Origin: Desulfobacterales bacterium
Lineage (GTDB): Bacteria; Desulfobacterota; Desulfobacteria; Desulfobacterales; UBA5616
NCBI GenBank assembly: GCA_046483495.1
Contig: JAWODC010000064.1
Location: forward strand, 55,892-119,891
Direction of reading: 5' to 3'
Length of the DNA: 64,000 bases
A model generated the notes under the pieces. It saw only the letters and a program-made list of their open reading frames with translations. It did no database searches and had not been told where the DNA came from. Positions 10,150 through 19,200 of this stretch are shown here, one piece after another. The position numbers were made by a program, and so were the translations under genes. The number at the start of each line of letters is the position of its first letter. The first letter of the stretch is position 1.

Positions 10150-10889
10150 TCCTCAAACTGGAAAAAGTCGACTTTGCTTATCCAAACGGCCGGACTGTTC
10201 TGAAAGAAGCCGATTTTTCACTTCATGCAGGCCAAAAAATCGGATTGATCGGCCACAACGGAAGTGGAAAATCGACGTTTCTCCATGTACTGGTCGGATT
10301 ACTGCAAATATCCGGCGGATGCATCCGTTTTTTCGGGGAACCGGTGAAGACGGAAAAGGACTTTCAAAAAGTAAGGCGGCACATCGGCCTTGTCTTCCAG
10401 AATTCCGATGACCAGCTTTTCAGCCCCACGGTTCTGGAAGATGTCGCCTTCGGGCTTTTGAATCAAGGCACGTCGGGGGATCAGGCCCGGGAAATTTCCA
10501 GAAAGATGCTGGCGGACCTGGATCTCGAGGCTTTTGAAGACCGGGTCACCTACCGGTTGTCCGGCGGGGAAAAACGGCTCGTATCTCTGGCCACGGTGTT
10601 GGTGATGAAACCCCGGGTGCTGCTTCTCGATGAACCGTTTACCGGACTCGACGAATTTACCCGGGATCATATTATCGACATTTTGAGGCAACTCGACATC
10701 AGCTACATCATTGTCTCTCATGAATATGATTCTCTGGAACGTACCACGGACATTATCTGCAGCATGGATCAGGGCAAAATTATCTATAACGGGGATTCAT
10801 CCATTCTTCACAGCCATTTCCATCGGCACCCCGGCGGCACCATCCTCCACCACCACAACAATACCGATGGCAAGCCAAATGCGGATTGA
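10131..10889 (+). CDS. cbiO: ECF/ABC transporter ATPase with His-rich C-terminus
   Basis: GHNGSGKS, FQNSDDQLF, LSGGEK and LLLDEP motifs; tail HSHFHRHPGGTILHHH. Confidence 0.85.
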   Translation: MVADPVILKLEKVDFAYPNGRTVLKEADFSLHAGQKIGLIGHNGSGKSTFLHVLVGLLQISGGCIRFFGEPVKTEKDFQKVRRHIGLVFQNSDDQLFSPTVLEDVAFGLLNQGTSGDQAREISRKMLADLDLEAFEDRVTYRLSGGEKRLVSLATVLVMKPRVLLLDEPFTGLDEFTRDHIIDILRQLDISYIIVSHEYDSLERTTDIICSMDQGKIIYNGDSSILHSHFHRHPGGTILHHHNNTDGKPNAD

Positions 10890-11796
10890 AGATCATTTTT
10901 TATTTCAGAAGGATTTTTTTCGCCGGAATTTCCGTCTTTTCGATGTCTATTTTCGAAATACCCCCGAGGCGCTTCACGGTGAAATCGAAAAAAAGATTAA
11001 AACCCTGGCAGGTTATGAAGAAACGATGACATGGCCCGTTATCCGGGGGCCTGGGTTTTGCGGCGCCACCCATCCGGGGGCCGGAAAAAGCTTTAATGCG
11101 ATCATGACGGACGGCAACCCGTCATTTTACAACAGCGACTGTCTTTACATTCACCCCGGGATGGGGATTTTTGCCGTATCGGACCCACCGGGAGTCACCA
11201 CTATCAGTCGCCGTCTGTTTGAAAAACTCGATTCACGATTGGCTCGAACGGCGGGAGATCACACGGATGCCGTTATCGATGAGCTTGCCGCCGAAATTCC
11301 GGCAAACCTCAATCCTACACTGGCATTAATCCGGTTTCAGAAACGGAAATTTGCAGCAAAGGCAAACCGGGCGAACGTTTATATCGCCGGCGACACCGCC
11401 GTCTATCGGGGTAATTTTCACACGAAACACATCGAACAGCTCAACGGCAGTCCGCATTTCTGGGGTACCGCATGCCGCCAATCACGATCTTGCGAATTGG
11501 AAATCGGCAGCGGAGACTTTTTCGTCATTGTCAGTGACGGCATCGGCAGCTTAAGGCAAATCGATACCTGCAGTTCAGTCGAAGAAATGTTTTTGAATCT
11601 GATTCTTTACCAACCGGACCGTTTTGCTGAAATCATAACCGGGGACTGCAACCGGGTTTACACACTGAAAACAAACGGCTCGTCTCGAACCCTTCTGGGT
11701 GGAACCGACGATATAACCGTCCTGCTCCTCATTCCGTCTCAACTGGATTACACCCCTTTGAAAAAGGGCTGCATCCTTGGAGGATTCATCGGGTGA
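10867..11796 (+). CDS. PP2C/SpoIIE-like phosphatase-fold protein
   Basis: NSD, IFAVSD, AGDT, VIVSDG and DDITVLL match the PPM motif order. Start uncertain (10867 or 10879). Confidence 0.6.
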   Translation: MASQMRIEDHFLFQKDFFRRNFRLFDVYFRNTPEALHGEIEKKIKTLAGYEETMTWPVIRGPGFCGATHPGAGKSFNAIMTDGNPSFYNSDCLYIHPGMGIFAVSDPPGVTTISRRLFEKLDSRLARTAGDHTDAVIDELAAEIPANLNPTLALIRFQKRKFAAKANRANVYIAGDTAVYRGNFHTKHIEQLNGSPHFWGTACRQSRSCELEIGSGDFFVIVSDGIGSLRQIDTCSSVEEMFLNLILYQPDRFAEIITGDCNRVYTLKTNGSSRTLLGGTDDITVLLLIPSQLDYTPLKKGCILGGFIG

Positions 11797-11839
11797 ACCC
11801 GGCAACGATACGATCGGACCCCTGATCAGCCGCACCCGG

Positions 11840-12010
11840 TTATGCGGCATATCGCTGCTGGATGGTATTGCGGTCTTCTTCTGAAAGCGATTTCAGATAC
11901 GATTTCCATCCCGGGCACCATCCGATGTGCCATTTCCAGAATCGGCCCAAAAAAGATTTTGGATTTTGATCGTACCGGGCTCTTAACTTGCAGGATTCAC
12001 AACGTGCCAT
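11840..12010 (-). CDS. Small Cys/Trp-rich hypothetical protein (56 aa)
   Basis: GGAGG 8 nt upstream of ATG; MARCESCKLRARYDQNPKSFLGRFWKWHIGWCPGWKSY... Confidence 0.65.
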   Translation of the reverse strand: MARCESCKLRARYDQNPKSFLGRFWKWHIGWCPGWKSYLKSLSEEDRNTIQQRYAA

Positions 12011-12417
12011 ATCCATTGCCTCCGTTGCTGGTGATTTCGAGGGCAAAAAAAATTGAAAGAATACATATATTATATCCTTTTTCATCATGTTGCACAAGCA
12101 TTTCTGCGAGTTCGAAATCCTATGATTACGTTGATGTTCATGTACATTCGGGCTCTTCGATACCCTGCAGCCGATTTCAGTACGGATAGGGTGTATCCCC
12201 CTTGTAACCTACCGATTTCGACCAGGGGGAGAGCCTGTCGGAAAAAAAATAGATGGTAAACAGGGCTTCGACATGCTAAATATTCGGTGATTTTTTCGTC
12301 TTTTGGAAAATCGGCTCCGCCCGAAAGCTTAAGGATATTGACAATTTCATCCCTGCTGGTTATTGGGTCACATAATCCAGAAATGTCGTTTCCGGATGAA
12401 CACTAAAAGGTATTGTT

Positions 12418-13302
12418 ATGCACACATACCGAAACTGGTTTTTAGCCAGCCGACCGTGGTCATTTACGATGACGGCCATATCCGTCAGTGTCGGCACCAC
12501 GGTTGCGGCGCTTGGCGGCCATTTTTCATGGACGATTTTTATGATTTCCATTTTCGCCGCCGTTTTGCTGCATGCCGCCACAAATCTGATCAACGACTAC
12601 TATGATGTCAAAAACGGCGTCGATACGGTGGAGGCCTGCACCGCTCAGTACCGCCCGCATCCGTTGGTCGAAGGAAAACTGAAAGCCTCCCAGGTTGCCG
12701 TTGCCGTCTCGATCATGTACTCAATATCTGCGCTGGTCGGACTTTTTCTAATCCTGACAAGAGGCTGGCTGCTGCTTCCCATTTGTTTGACCGGCGTATT
12801 CGCCAGCTTGATGTATACGGCCCCGCCCTTGAAATATAAATACCACGCACTGGGGGAAATGTCCGTTTTCTTGATGTGGGGTCCGCTCATGGTGGAAGGA
12901 GCCTACTTCGTCCAATCCCGGACGTTGAGCCTCGATGCATTCTGGATTTCGATGCCCTTCGGCGTCTTGGTAGCTCTGGTTTTGCTGGCCAATAATATCC
13001 GCGATATTTCTCACGACCGCAGCAAGGGAATTTCGACCATCGCCATACACCTCGGACGACGAAAAGGGCTTTATCTTTATTACAGCCTTATTCTCCTGGC
13101 CTACCTGGGCATTATCGTAATGACGATAACCGGTCTGCTGCCGCCGTGGTCCTTGATCGTCTTAATTTCGGCTCCACTGGCTATGCGGCTCTTGAGCACC
13201 ATGCTCAAGCAGGTTCCCAAGGATGCCGATGCAAGGACGGCTCAATTGGATACCATTTTCGGTCTGCTTCTTGTGATCTCCCTCGTTCTGGGGGGATTGT
13301 GA
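12418..13302 (+). CDS. menA: 1,4-dihydroxy-2-naphthoate prenyltransferase (UbiA family)
   Basis: SRPWSF, NLINDYYD..NGVD, YT..P..YKY..LGE and NNIRD...D...G..T motifs. Confidence 0.85.
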   Translation: MHTYRNWFLASRPWSFTMTAISVSVGTTVAALGGHFSWTIFMISIFAAVLLHAATNLINDYYDVKNGVDTVEACTAQYRPHPLVEGKLKASQVAVAVSIMYSISALVGLFLILTRGWLLLPICLTGVFASLMYTAPPLKYKYHALGEMSVFLMWGPLMVEGAYFVQSRTLSLDAFWISMPFGVLVALVLLANNIRDISHDRSKGISTIAIHLGRRKGLYLYYSLILLAYLGIIVMTITGLLPPWSLIVLISAPLAMRLLSTMLKQVPKDADARTAQLDTIFGLLLVISLVLGGL

Positions 13303-13925
13303 CCACGCGGACGCCTCGGCCGACATCCATTTGGGCCACCGTACTGCTCGCCTTTTTTCTCTGGTTTATCGCCTTTTACCTGACGCTGTCGATTTTCTGG
13401 TTTAAAATTGCTGCGGCTGCGGCCATTTTGGCGGGGCTTTCTATCCTGCTTCAGCCCGGAGGTTACGATCGGGTCACGTTCAGTAGGCGAAGCATTATGA
13501 TCGGCTTGGCATCGGCGGTGATCTTGTACGGGATCTTTTATCTCGGAAAAACACTATCCACAGCTATTCTGCCCTTTGCCCCGCATCAGATCGGCGGTAT
13601 TTACGGCAAGGGGACGGGAACGCCTGTGTGGATTATTTTGCCGCTGCTTTTTTTCATTACCGGACCTGCGGAAGAGTTTTACTGGCGGGGCTTTTTACAA
13701 AAGAATCTCATGTTACGACACGGGCAATTCCGGGGATGGCTGCTGACAACCGCCATCTATGCAGGGGTCCACATCTGGTCCTTCAATTTCATGCTGATCG
13801 GTGCAGCCGCAGTCGCCGGTGCCTTCTGGGGCTTCATGTACTGGCGGCTCAAGGATCTTTCTCCGGTAATTATCTCCCATGCTGTTTGGAGTTCCGTGAT
13901 ATTTGCCGTTGTGCCCATGAACTGA
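13299..13925 (+). CDS. CPBP (Abi/CAAX) intramembrane metalloprotease
   Basis: AEEFYWRG, YAGVH and SHAVW motifs; GTG start overlaps the menA TGA. Confidence 0.85.
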   Translation: MTTRTPRPTSIWATVLLAFFLWFIAFYLTLSIFWFKIAAAAAILAGLSILLQPGGYDRVTFSRRSIMIGLASAVILYGIFYLGKTLSTAILPFAPHQIGGIYGKGTGTPVWIILPLLFFITGPAEEFYWRGFLQKNLMLRHGQFRGWLLTTAIYAGVHIWSFNFMLIGAAAVAGAFWGFMYWRLKDLSPVIISHAVWSSVIFAVVPMN

Positions 13926-13960
13926 AGTGCCGTGGGTAATCGGGCTCTTCGCCTTTACTC

Positions 13961-14104
13961 AGTGTCCATCCAGAAATAGGCAATTTCGCGTGAGTTCAAG
14001 ACGTGCGCAAGATCGAAACCGCAGGAATAGTGTGATGTTTTGAGGATTTCGATTTTGCGTCCAACGCAGAAATCTCGTGAAAGGGCCATTTATGTATGAA
14101 CACT
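13961..14104 (+). repeat. ~145-bp structured MITE-like intergenic repeat, copy A
   Basis: Ends AGTGTCCATCCAGAAAT / ATTTATGTATGAACACT are inverted; core AACCGCAGGAATAG...TTTTGAGGA; about 90% identical by eye to 52970-53113. Confidence 0.88.
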
Positions 14105-14135
14105 ACTTACACCATTTACTTCTAAAGGTGATATT

Positions 14136-14921
14136 ATGACATTTGAACGCGTTATTCTGGAAATCAAGGACACCATCGCCGTACTTACGCTGAACCACCC
14201 GAAAGCATTGAATGCCATATCCCGACAGATGAACCGGGAAATTCAGGATGCCCTGGATCTGATCGCCCGGACCGACAGCGGGGCACGCTGCCTGCTGATC
14301 ACCGGCGCCGGGCGGGGATTCTGCGCCGGCGCTAACCTCATGGATGACCCTCCGAATGATGGCCTGTCGCCGGGACAGCGGCATGTGAGCCGTTGGCTCC
14401 CTCTGTTTTTGAAGCTGCGGGACTTGCAAATGCCGACCGTCTCTGCGGTTAAGGGACCGGTCGTCGGTGTGGGCATGAGCCTCGCACTTTCCGCCGATAT
14501 TATACTGGCCGGCAGAAGCGCCTATTTCCTCCAGGCATTTGCCAGAATCGGCATCGCTCCGGACGGCGGCGCCACCTTTATCCTACCCAGGCTCATCGGG
14601 AAAGCCAGGGCCATGGAACTTTCACTCTTGGCGGATCGACTGCCCGCCGATAAGGCGTATGAATGGGGGCTGATCAATCGATTATGCGATGATGAAGCAC
14701 TGATGGATGAAGCCATGGACATGGCGGCCCGCCTGGCGAAAGGCCCAACCGCCGCTTTGGGGGCCACCCGGAAAGCCTATTGGATGGCGTTTGAAAACAC
14801 CTATGAACGGCAGTTTTATCTCGAGGGCGACATCCTGGAAGAGCTTTCCCGGACGGAGGACAGTGTCGAGGGAATAAAGGCTTTTGTCGAAAAGCGCGAA
14901 GCCCGGTTCAAGGGGAAATAA
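14136..14921 (+). CDS. Enoyl-CoA hydratase/isomerase (crotonase family)
   Basis: LNHPKALNA, GRGFCAGANL, GIAPDGG and EGIKAFVEKR motifs. Confidence 0.9.
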   Translation: MTFERVILEIKDTIAVLTLNHPKALNAISRQMNREIQDALDLIARTDSGARCLLITGAGRGFCAGANLMDDPPNDGLSPGQRHVSRWLPLFLKLRDLQMPTVSAVKGPVVGVGMSLALSADIILAGRSAYFLQAFARIGIAPDGGATFILPRLIGKARAMELSLLADRLPADKAYEWGLINRLCDDEALMDEAMDMAARLAKGPTAALGATRKAYWMAFENTYERQFYLEGDILEELSRTEDSVEGIKAFVEKREARFKGK

Positions 14922-15004
14922 TCCTTCTCCGGAACGCCGTTTTGCGGGGCCCGGGCATCATTTCCCCTGCTCCATCGGCAGTCGATGTTCTATTGATTTT
15001 TGGC

Positions 15005-15143
15005 CCTGATCATGCTTATATATTTCTTTATTCCATTTCTGCGTCGGCCGGAAGCCGGTATTCCCAGAGGATCTAAAGTGTTCTTCGGATAACATTTTCC
15101 GGCCGCCTTGAATTGAACCGAACCTTCTTTTCCGGGTGGACAC
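15005..15143 (-). repeat. Degenerate repeat copy B
   Basis: Minus strand reads GTGTCCACCCGGAAAAG...TTCAAGGCGGCCGG...CCGGCCGACGCAGAAATGG; right end is decayed. Confidence 0.6.
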
Positions 15144-15196
15144 ACGTTACCTGCGGAAAAATTCCATGCCCTTTTTCGAGATAAGGAGATTTCTTT

Positions 15197-16372
15197 ATGC
15201 GTCAACCCCTTTCCGGTTTTCGGGTTATCGACTTCGGCCATTATATCGCCGGTCCGTATGCCGCCATGCTGCTGGCGGAACAGGGAGCAGAAGTGATCAA
15301 GGTGGAGCGCCCTTCCGGAGACCCCTATCGCAGCGAGCCCGGGTTCATGGTGTTCAACCGCAGCAAAAAAGGGATTCGGCTGGACTTGAAGAGGGAAGAA
15401 GGCCGGCATATCGCCCGGGATTTAACCCGCCATGCCGATGTGATCGTGGAAAATTTCCGGCCGGGGACGGCCCAACGCCTCGGTATCGATTATGAGACGA
15501 TTTCCAAAGAAAATTCCCGTGCGGTATATTGTTCCATATCCGGATTCGGGCAATCCGGGCCCTACCGGGATATCCCCGGATGGGATCCCATCGTGGCATC
15601 CTATGCAGGTGTGTATGTCGAACAGGGTGGGGGCGAGGAAAATCCGCCTCTTTTTCTTGTGCTGCCCCTGCCCAGCTATTACGCCGCTTTCATGGCGGCA
15701 TTCGCCGTGGCCACTGCTCTTGTGACCCGTGAAATCACCGGCAACGGACAGCGCGTCGACATCTCGTTGTTCAAAGCCATCATGGCAACACAGAGCACAT
15801 ACATGTCCGAGTTCGAGGGCAAGATCCGCATACCCGGCGCGGCCCGAAGCAATCAGCAGGGCGCCATGCCCCTTTATAAACTCTACCAGGCCGGCGACGG
15901 CAAGTGGTTTTTTCTTGCACTTGGCAACCCGACTTTTTTTACGAAGTTTGCATTGGCTATGGGCCATGAAGAATGGCTGACGGACCCGATTTTCGAAGGA
16001 GCTCCGTTTTTGATACTGCCGCCGAGAAATGTCCGGCTTATCGAGAGGTTTGAAAAGATGTTTGCAGACCGCACACGGGATGAATGGATCGCCTTTTTGC
16101 AAAAAGATGACATCCCTTGCGCTCCGGCCGATTCCGTAAAACAATTTATGTCCGATCCCCAGGTGGCGGCAAATCGAATGGTTGTTGAAATCAATCAACC
16201 GGGCATTGGCCCGGTCCGTGAAATGGGTGTGCCGGTAAACCTGGAAAACACCCCTGGAGAAGTAAAAGCGGCCTGCCCTGAAGTCGGACAACATACACGT
16301 GACGTGTTGGACGGACTGCTTGGGTATACTTCGGAAAAGATTGCAGCGCTGACCGACAAACACGTTATCTGA
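15197..16372 (+). CDS. Class III CoA transferase (CaiB/BaiF), subunit 1
   Basis: IAGPYA..LLAEQGAEVIKVE, NRSK, ENFRPG and SISGFGQSGP motifs. Confidence 0.9.
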   Translation: MRQPLSGFRVIDFGHYIAGPYAAMLLAEQGAEVIKVERPSGDPYRSEPGFMVFNRSKKGIRLDLKREEGRHIARDLTRHADVIVENFRPGTAQRLGIDYETISKENSRAVYCSISGFGQSGPYRDIPGWDPIVASYAGVYVEQGGGEENPPLFLVLPLPSYYAAFMAAFAVATALVTREITGNGQRVDISLFKAIMATQSTYMSEFEGKIRIPGAARSNQQGAMPLYKLYQAGDGKWFFLALGNPTFFTKFALAMGHEEWLTDPIFEGAPFLILPPRNVRLIERFEKMFADRTRDEWIAFLQKDDIPCAPADSVKQFMSDPQVAANRMVVEINQPGIGPVREMGVPVNLENTPGEVKAACPEVGQHTRDVLDGLLGYTSEKIAALTDKHVI

Positions 16373-16387
16373 TAAACGGGAGGAACT

Positions 16388-17557
16388 ATGCATCCGTTGG
16401 AAAAAGTGCGTGTTGCAGATTTCACCACGATGATAAACGGCCCCTATGCCACCATGATGCTGTCCGATATGGGCGCGGATGTGATTAAAATAGAGCCCCC
16501 GTACGGCGATTCGTGGCGCGCCGTCGGAGGGGGGTTTCTCTCCTGCAACCGGGGAAAGCGGGCCGTAGCCGTGGACTTGAAAAAGGCCGAGGGAAGGCAG
16601 GTGGTGTTTGACATTATCGAAACCTCGAATATCGTCGTAGAGAATGCCCGATGGGGGGTATGGCATAAACTTGGATTGGATTATGAATCGGTTAAAGAGA
16701 AAAAGCCCGATCTGATCTATCTTTCGATTTTATCTTTCGGATCCACCGGCCCCGATGGCGAAAATCCGGGATTCGATCCCGTGCTTCAGGCAAGGAGCGG
16801 ACAAATGGTGGGCCAGGGAGGCATCGGAAAGCCTCCGGTTTACCACCTGATTGCCTTGAATGATCAGGCCGCCCCCATGCTTGGGGCCTACGGGGCCGTT
16901 CTCGCCCTGCTCTCACAGATCCGCCACGGCAAAACAGCCCGGCGTGTGGAAACCTCCCTGACAAACGCCTCCATTGCACTGCAGGCAGGCGAATTCGTCG
17001 ATTATGAAGGCGAAAATGTCCGTCGTCCAGGAGATACGGACCTGCGCGGTCTGAATGCCCTGATAAGGCTGTACCAGGCCGCCGACGGCCGGTGGCTTCA
17101 ACTGTGTTGCCCGTATGAACGGGACTGGCAGAATTTATGCCGAATACCCGAATTTGACTTTCTTTTGTCCGACCCGAGATTTGCTTCATCCGAAAATCGC
17201 ATTGAAAATGACGCCGCGCTGACCGGCCTGTTGTCGAAAACGATTACCCAAAAAACGGTAACCGACTGGATTCCCATCCTGCAGGAAAACGAAGTCCCCG
17301 CGGCACCCGCACAAAGTGCGGACGAAGTGCTCCAGGACTCGCATTGTCTGAAAGCCGGCGTCTTCGACGACCGGAAGGATTCGGTTTTCGGAATGGCGCG
17401 GCTCGTCGGGATCGGACCGCAATTTTCGGAAAGTTCGGGTATCATTCGGCGGCCTGCACCGCTTCTCGGAGAGCATACCGAAGAGGTGCTGACCGAAATC
17501 GGATACGCAAAAGAAAAAATTCGCGCCTTGAGGAAGGCGAAGGTCATTTATTACTAA
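16388..17557 (+). CDS. Class III CoA transferase (CaiB/BaiF), subunit 2
   Basis: GPYA...LSDMGADVIKIEP, NRGKR, GFDPVLQA and APLLGEHT motifs. Confidence 0.9.
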   Translation: MHPLEKVRVADFTTMINGPYATMMLSDMGADVIKIEPPYGDSWRAVGGGFLSCNRGKRAVAVDLKKAEGRQVVFDIIETSNIVVENARWGVWHKLGLDYESVKEKKPDLIYLSILSFGSTGPDGENPGFDPVLQARSGQMVGQGGIGKPPVYHLIALNDQAAPMLGAYGAVLALLSQIRHGKTARRVETSLTNASIALQAGEFVDYEGENVRRPGDTDLRGLNALIRLYQAADGRWLQLCCPYERDWQNLCRIPEFDFLLSDPRFASSENRIENDAALTGLLSKTITQKTVTDWIPILQENEVPAAPAQSADEVLQDSHCLKAGVFDDRKDSVFGMARLVGIGPQFSESSGIIRRPAPLLGEHTEEVLTEIGYAKEKIRALRKAKVIYY

Positions 17558-17618
17558 ACCTGCATAGCAGCGCGAAAAACCCGAACGTAAAAAATCTACA
17601 ACCAAGGAGGATGCTCGT

Positions 17619-17990
17619 ATGTACAAACGCTATATCGTGGAAATCGGCATGGGCGTCGATCAGCATGGCCACAAAAAAAACCCGACCAACGCTGCAGTCA
17701 AGGCGATAAAAAACGCCATTTCTAACAATTGCCTTGTGGGTCTGGCGGATATCGTGGGGATGAAGAGCCCCGCCGATATGCAGGTGGATGTGCTGATCGC
17801 GGTTCCCTACCCTGAAAATATCGACCGGGAAGGGGTTCTCGCCGCCATCCCCTTCGGGTCTAAAAACCTTACCGTAGTAAAGGGCGGGATGACCACCTCG
17901 GGTCTGCCGGTCCCGGCACTTGGGGATACCGACGGCGAAGTGCTGGTGGCCACGGCATCCGTTACGGTAAATGTAAAGGTGAATGAATAA
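17619..17990 (+). CDS. Lin0512 family protein
   Basis: KRYIVEIGMGVDQHG...T.AAVKAIKNAI...IPFG...GGM pattern; RBS AGGAGG. Confidence 0.8.
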   Translation: MYKRYIVEIGMGVDQHGHKKNPTNAAVKAIKNAISNNCLVGLADIVGMKSPADMQVDVLIAVPYPENIDREGVLAAIPFGSKNLTVVKGGMTTSGLPVPALGDTDGEVLVATASVTVNVKVNE

Positions 17991-18101
17991 CCGGCATCCA
18001 AAGCATCAAAAATCAAACACCCCGGCGCCTGTATGCGCATGCCGGAGGTTCGGATACAAGAAAAAATCGTTAACACATTCAAGCCACCAGGGGAGGACGC
18101 C

Positions 18102-19124
18102 ATGAAAGCAGCCTGTTACCATGGTTTGCGGGATATCACCTGTGAAGACATCGAAAAGCCCGCGATTATCGAACCCACCGATATTATCGTTAAAGTGGAG
18201 GCCTGTGGGATCTGCGGATCGGACCTTCACTCGTATAAGCTTGGGCTCTTTCCGGAAATCAGCATGGATACACCCAAGGGGCGGGTTCCCGGACATGAAT
18301 TCGGCGGTACGGTGGTTGAAACCGGGAACCGGGTGGAAGGAATCGAAACCGGAGACCGGGTCACGTGCATCGCCATGGGCGCCATGGCGGAATATGTGCG
18401 CGTGAGCAATGCATTTCCGGATCTGACGGTATATAAGCTGCCGGATGAAGTCGATTTCGAAGAGGCTGCAACCGTAGAACCGCTGGCCACCTCGCTTCAT
18501 GCCGCCCGAAAGGCCGAACCGGCCGAAGGGCAAACCGCGGTGGTGTTCGGTGCAGGAATCATCGGTTTGGGGATTATCCAATGCCTCAAGGCCATGGATA
18601 TTCGACTTGAGCACATCATCGCCGTGGATGTATCCGACAGGCGCCTGGAAATCGCCCGCAAGCTCGGCGCAACGCATTGCGTCAATGCCCTTCGTGAAGA
18701 TCCGTACGAAAAGGCCGTGGCGCTCACCGGCACCATTCCGTTTTCCTTGATGCCGGATGCGGGGAGCTTCCCCGCGGTAGATATCGTATATGATGCCGTC
18801 GGCTATATCGTCGAGCGCTCCGGTGTGCCGGTGTTCCAGCAGGCACTCCATATTGCCCGTGAAGGGGGCAGTGTGGTAGTCGTCGGGGTGTTCGAGCAAA
18901 ACGTTACGCTGGATCTTTCCGATCTGGTAACCAAGCAGGTCAATGTATTCGGATCATTTGCCTATACGCCTGATGAGGTTAAGCAGTGCATCGAATGGAT
19001 CAAAGCGAAAAAAGTCGACCGAAAAATGCTGATCAGCCATATTATGACTGTCGATCGGTGCAAGGATGCTTTTGACACGCAAGCCGATTTCGACGGATCC
19101 GTCAAAGTGCTGATCAAGCCCTGA
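18102..19124 (+). CDS. Zinc-binding (MDR) dehydrogenase
   Basis: CGICGSDLH, GHE and GAGIIG motifs; the structural-Zn Cys lobe is absent; start after GGAGG. Confidence 0.9.
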   Translation: MKAACYHGLRDITCEDIEKPAIIEPTDIIVKVEACGICGSDLHSYKLGLFPEISMDTPKGRVPGHEFGGTVVETGNRVEGIETGDRVTCIAMGAMAEYVRVSNAFPDLTVYKLPDEVDFEEAATVEPLATSLHAARKAEPAEGQTAVVFGAGIIGLGIIQCLKAMDIRLEHIIAVDVSDRRLEIARKLGATHCVNALREDPYEKAVALTGTIPFSLMPDAGSFPAVDIVYDAVGYIVERSGVPVFQQALHIAREGGSVVVVGVFEQNVTLDLSDLVTKQVNVFGSFAYTPDEVKQCIEWIKAKKVDRKMLISHIMTVDRCKDAFDTQADFDGSVKVLIKP

Positions 19125-19200
19125 CGAAAACGGGCTTTTCCACCAGTGGATTTCTCCTTGCCGCCCTTAGTCGAAAACGGCGGCTCCGAAAGGAGGGGTT

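Noticed and set aside
15422..16666. Long antisense ORFs (e.g. 15422-16666, 18006-18899, 7880-8632, 2126-2824)
   Set aside because: They are shadows of well-supported genes on the opposite strand and have no motifs.
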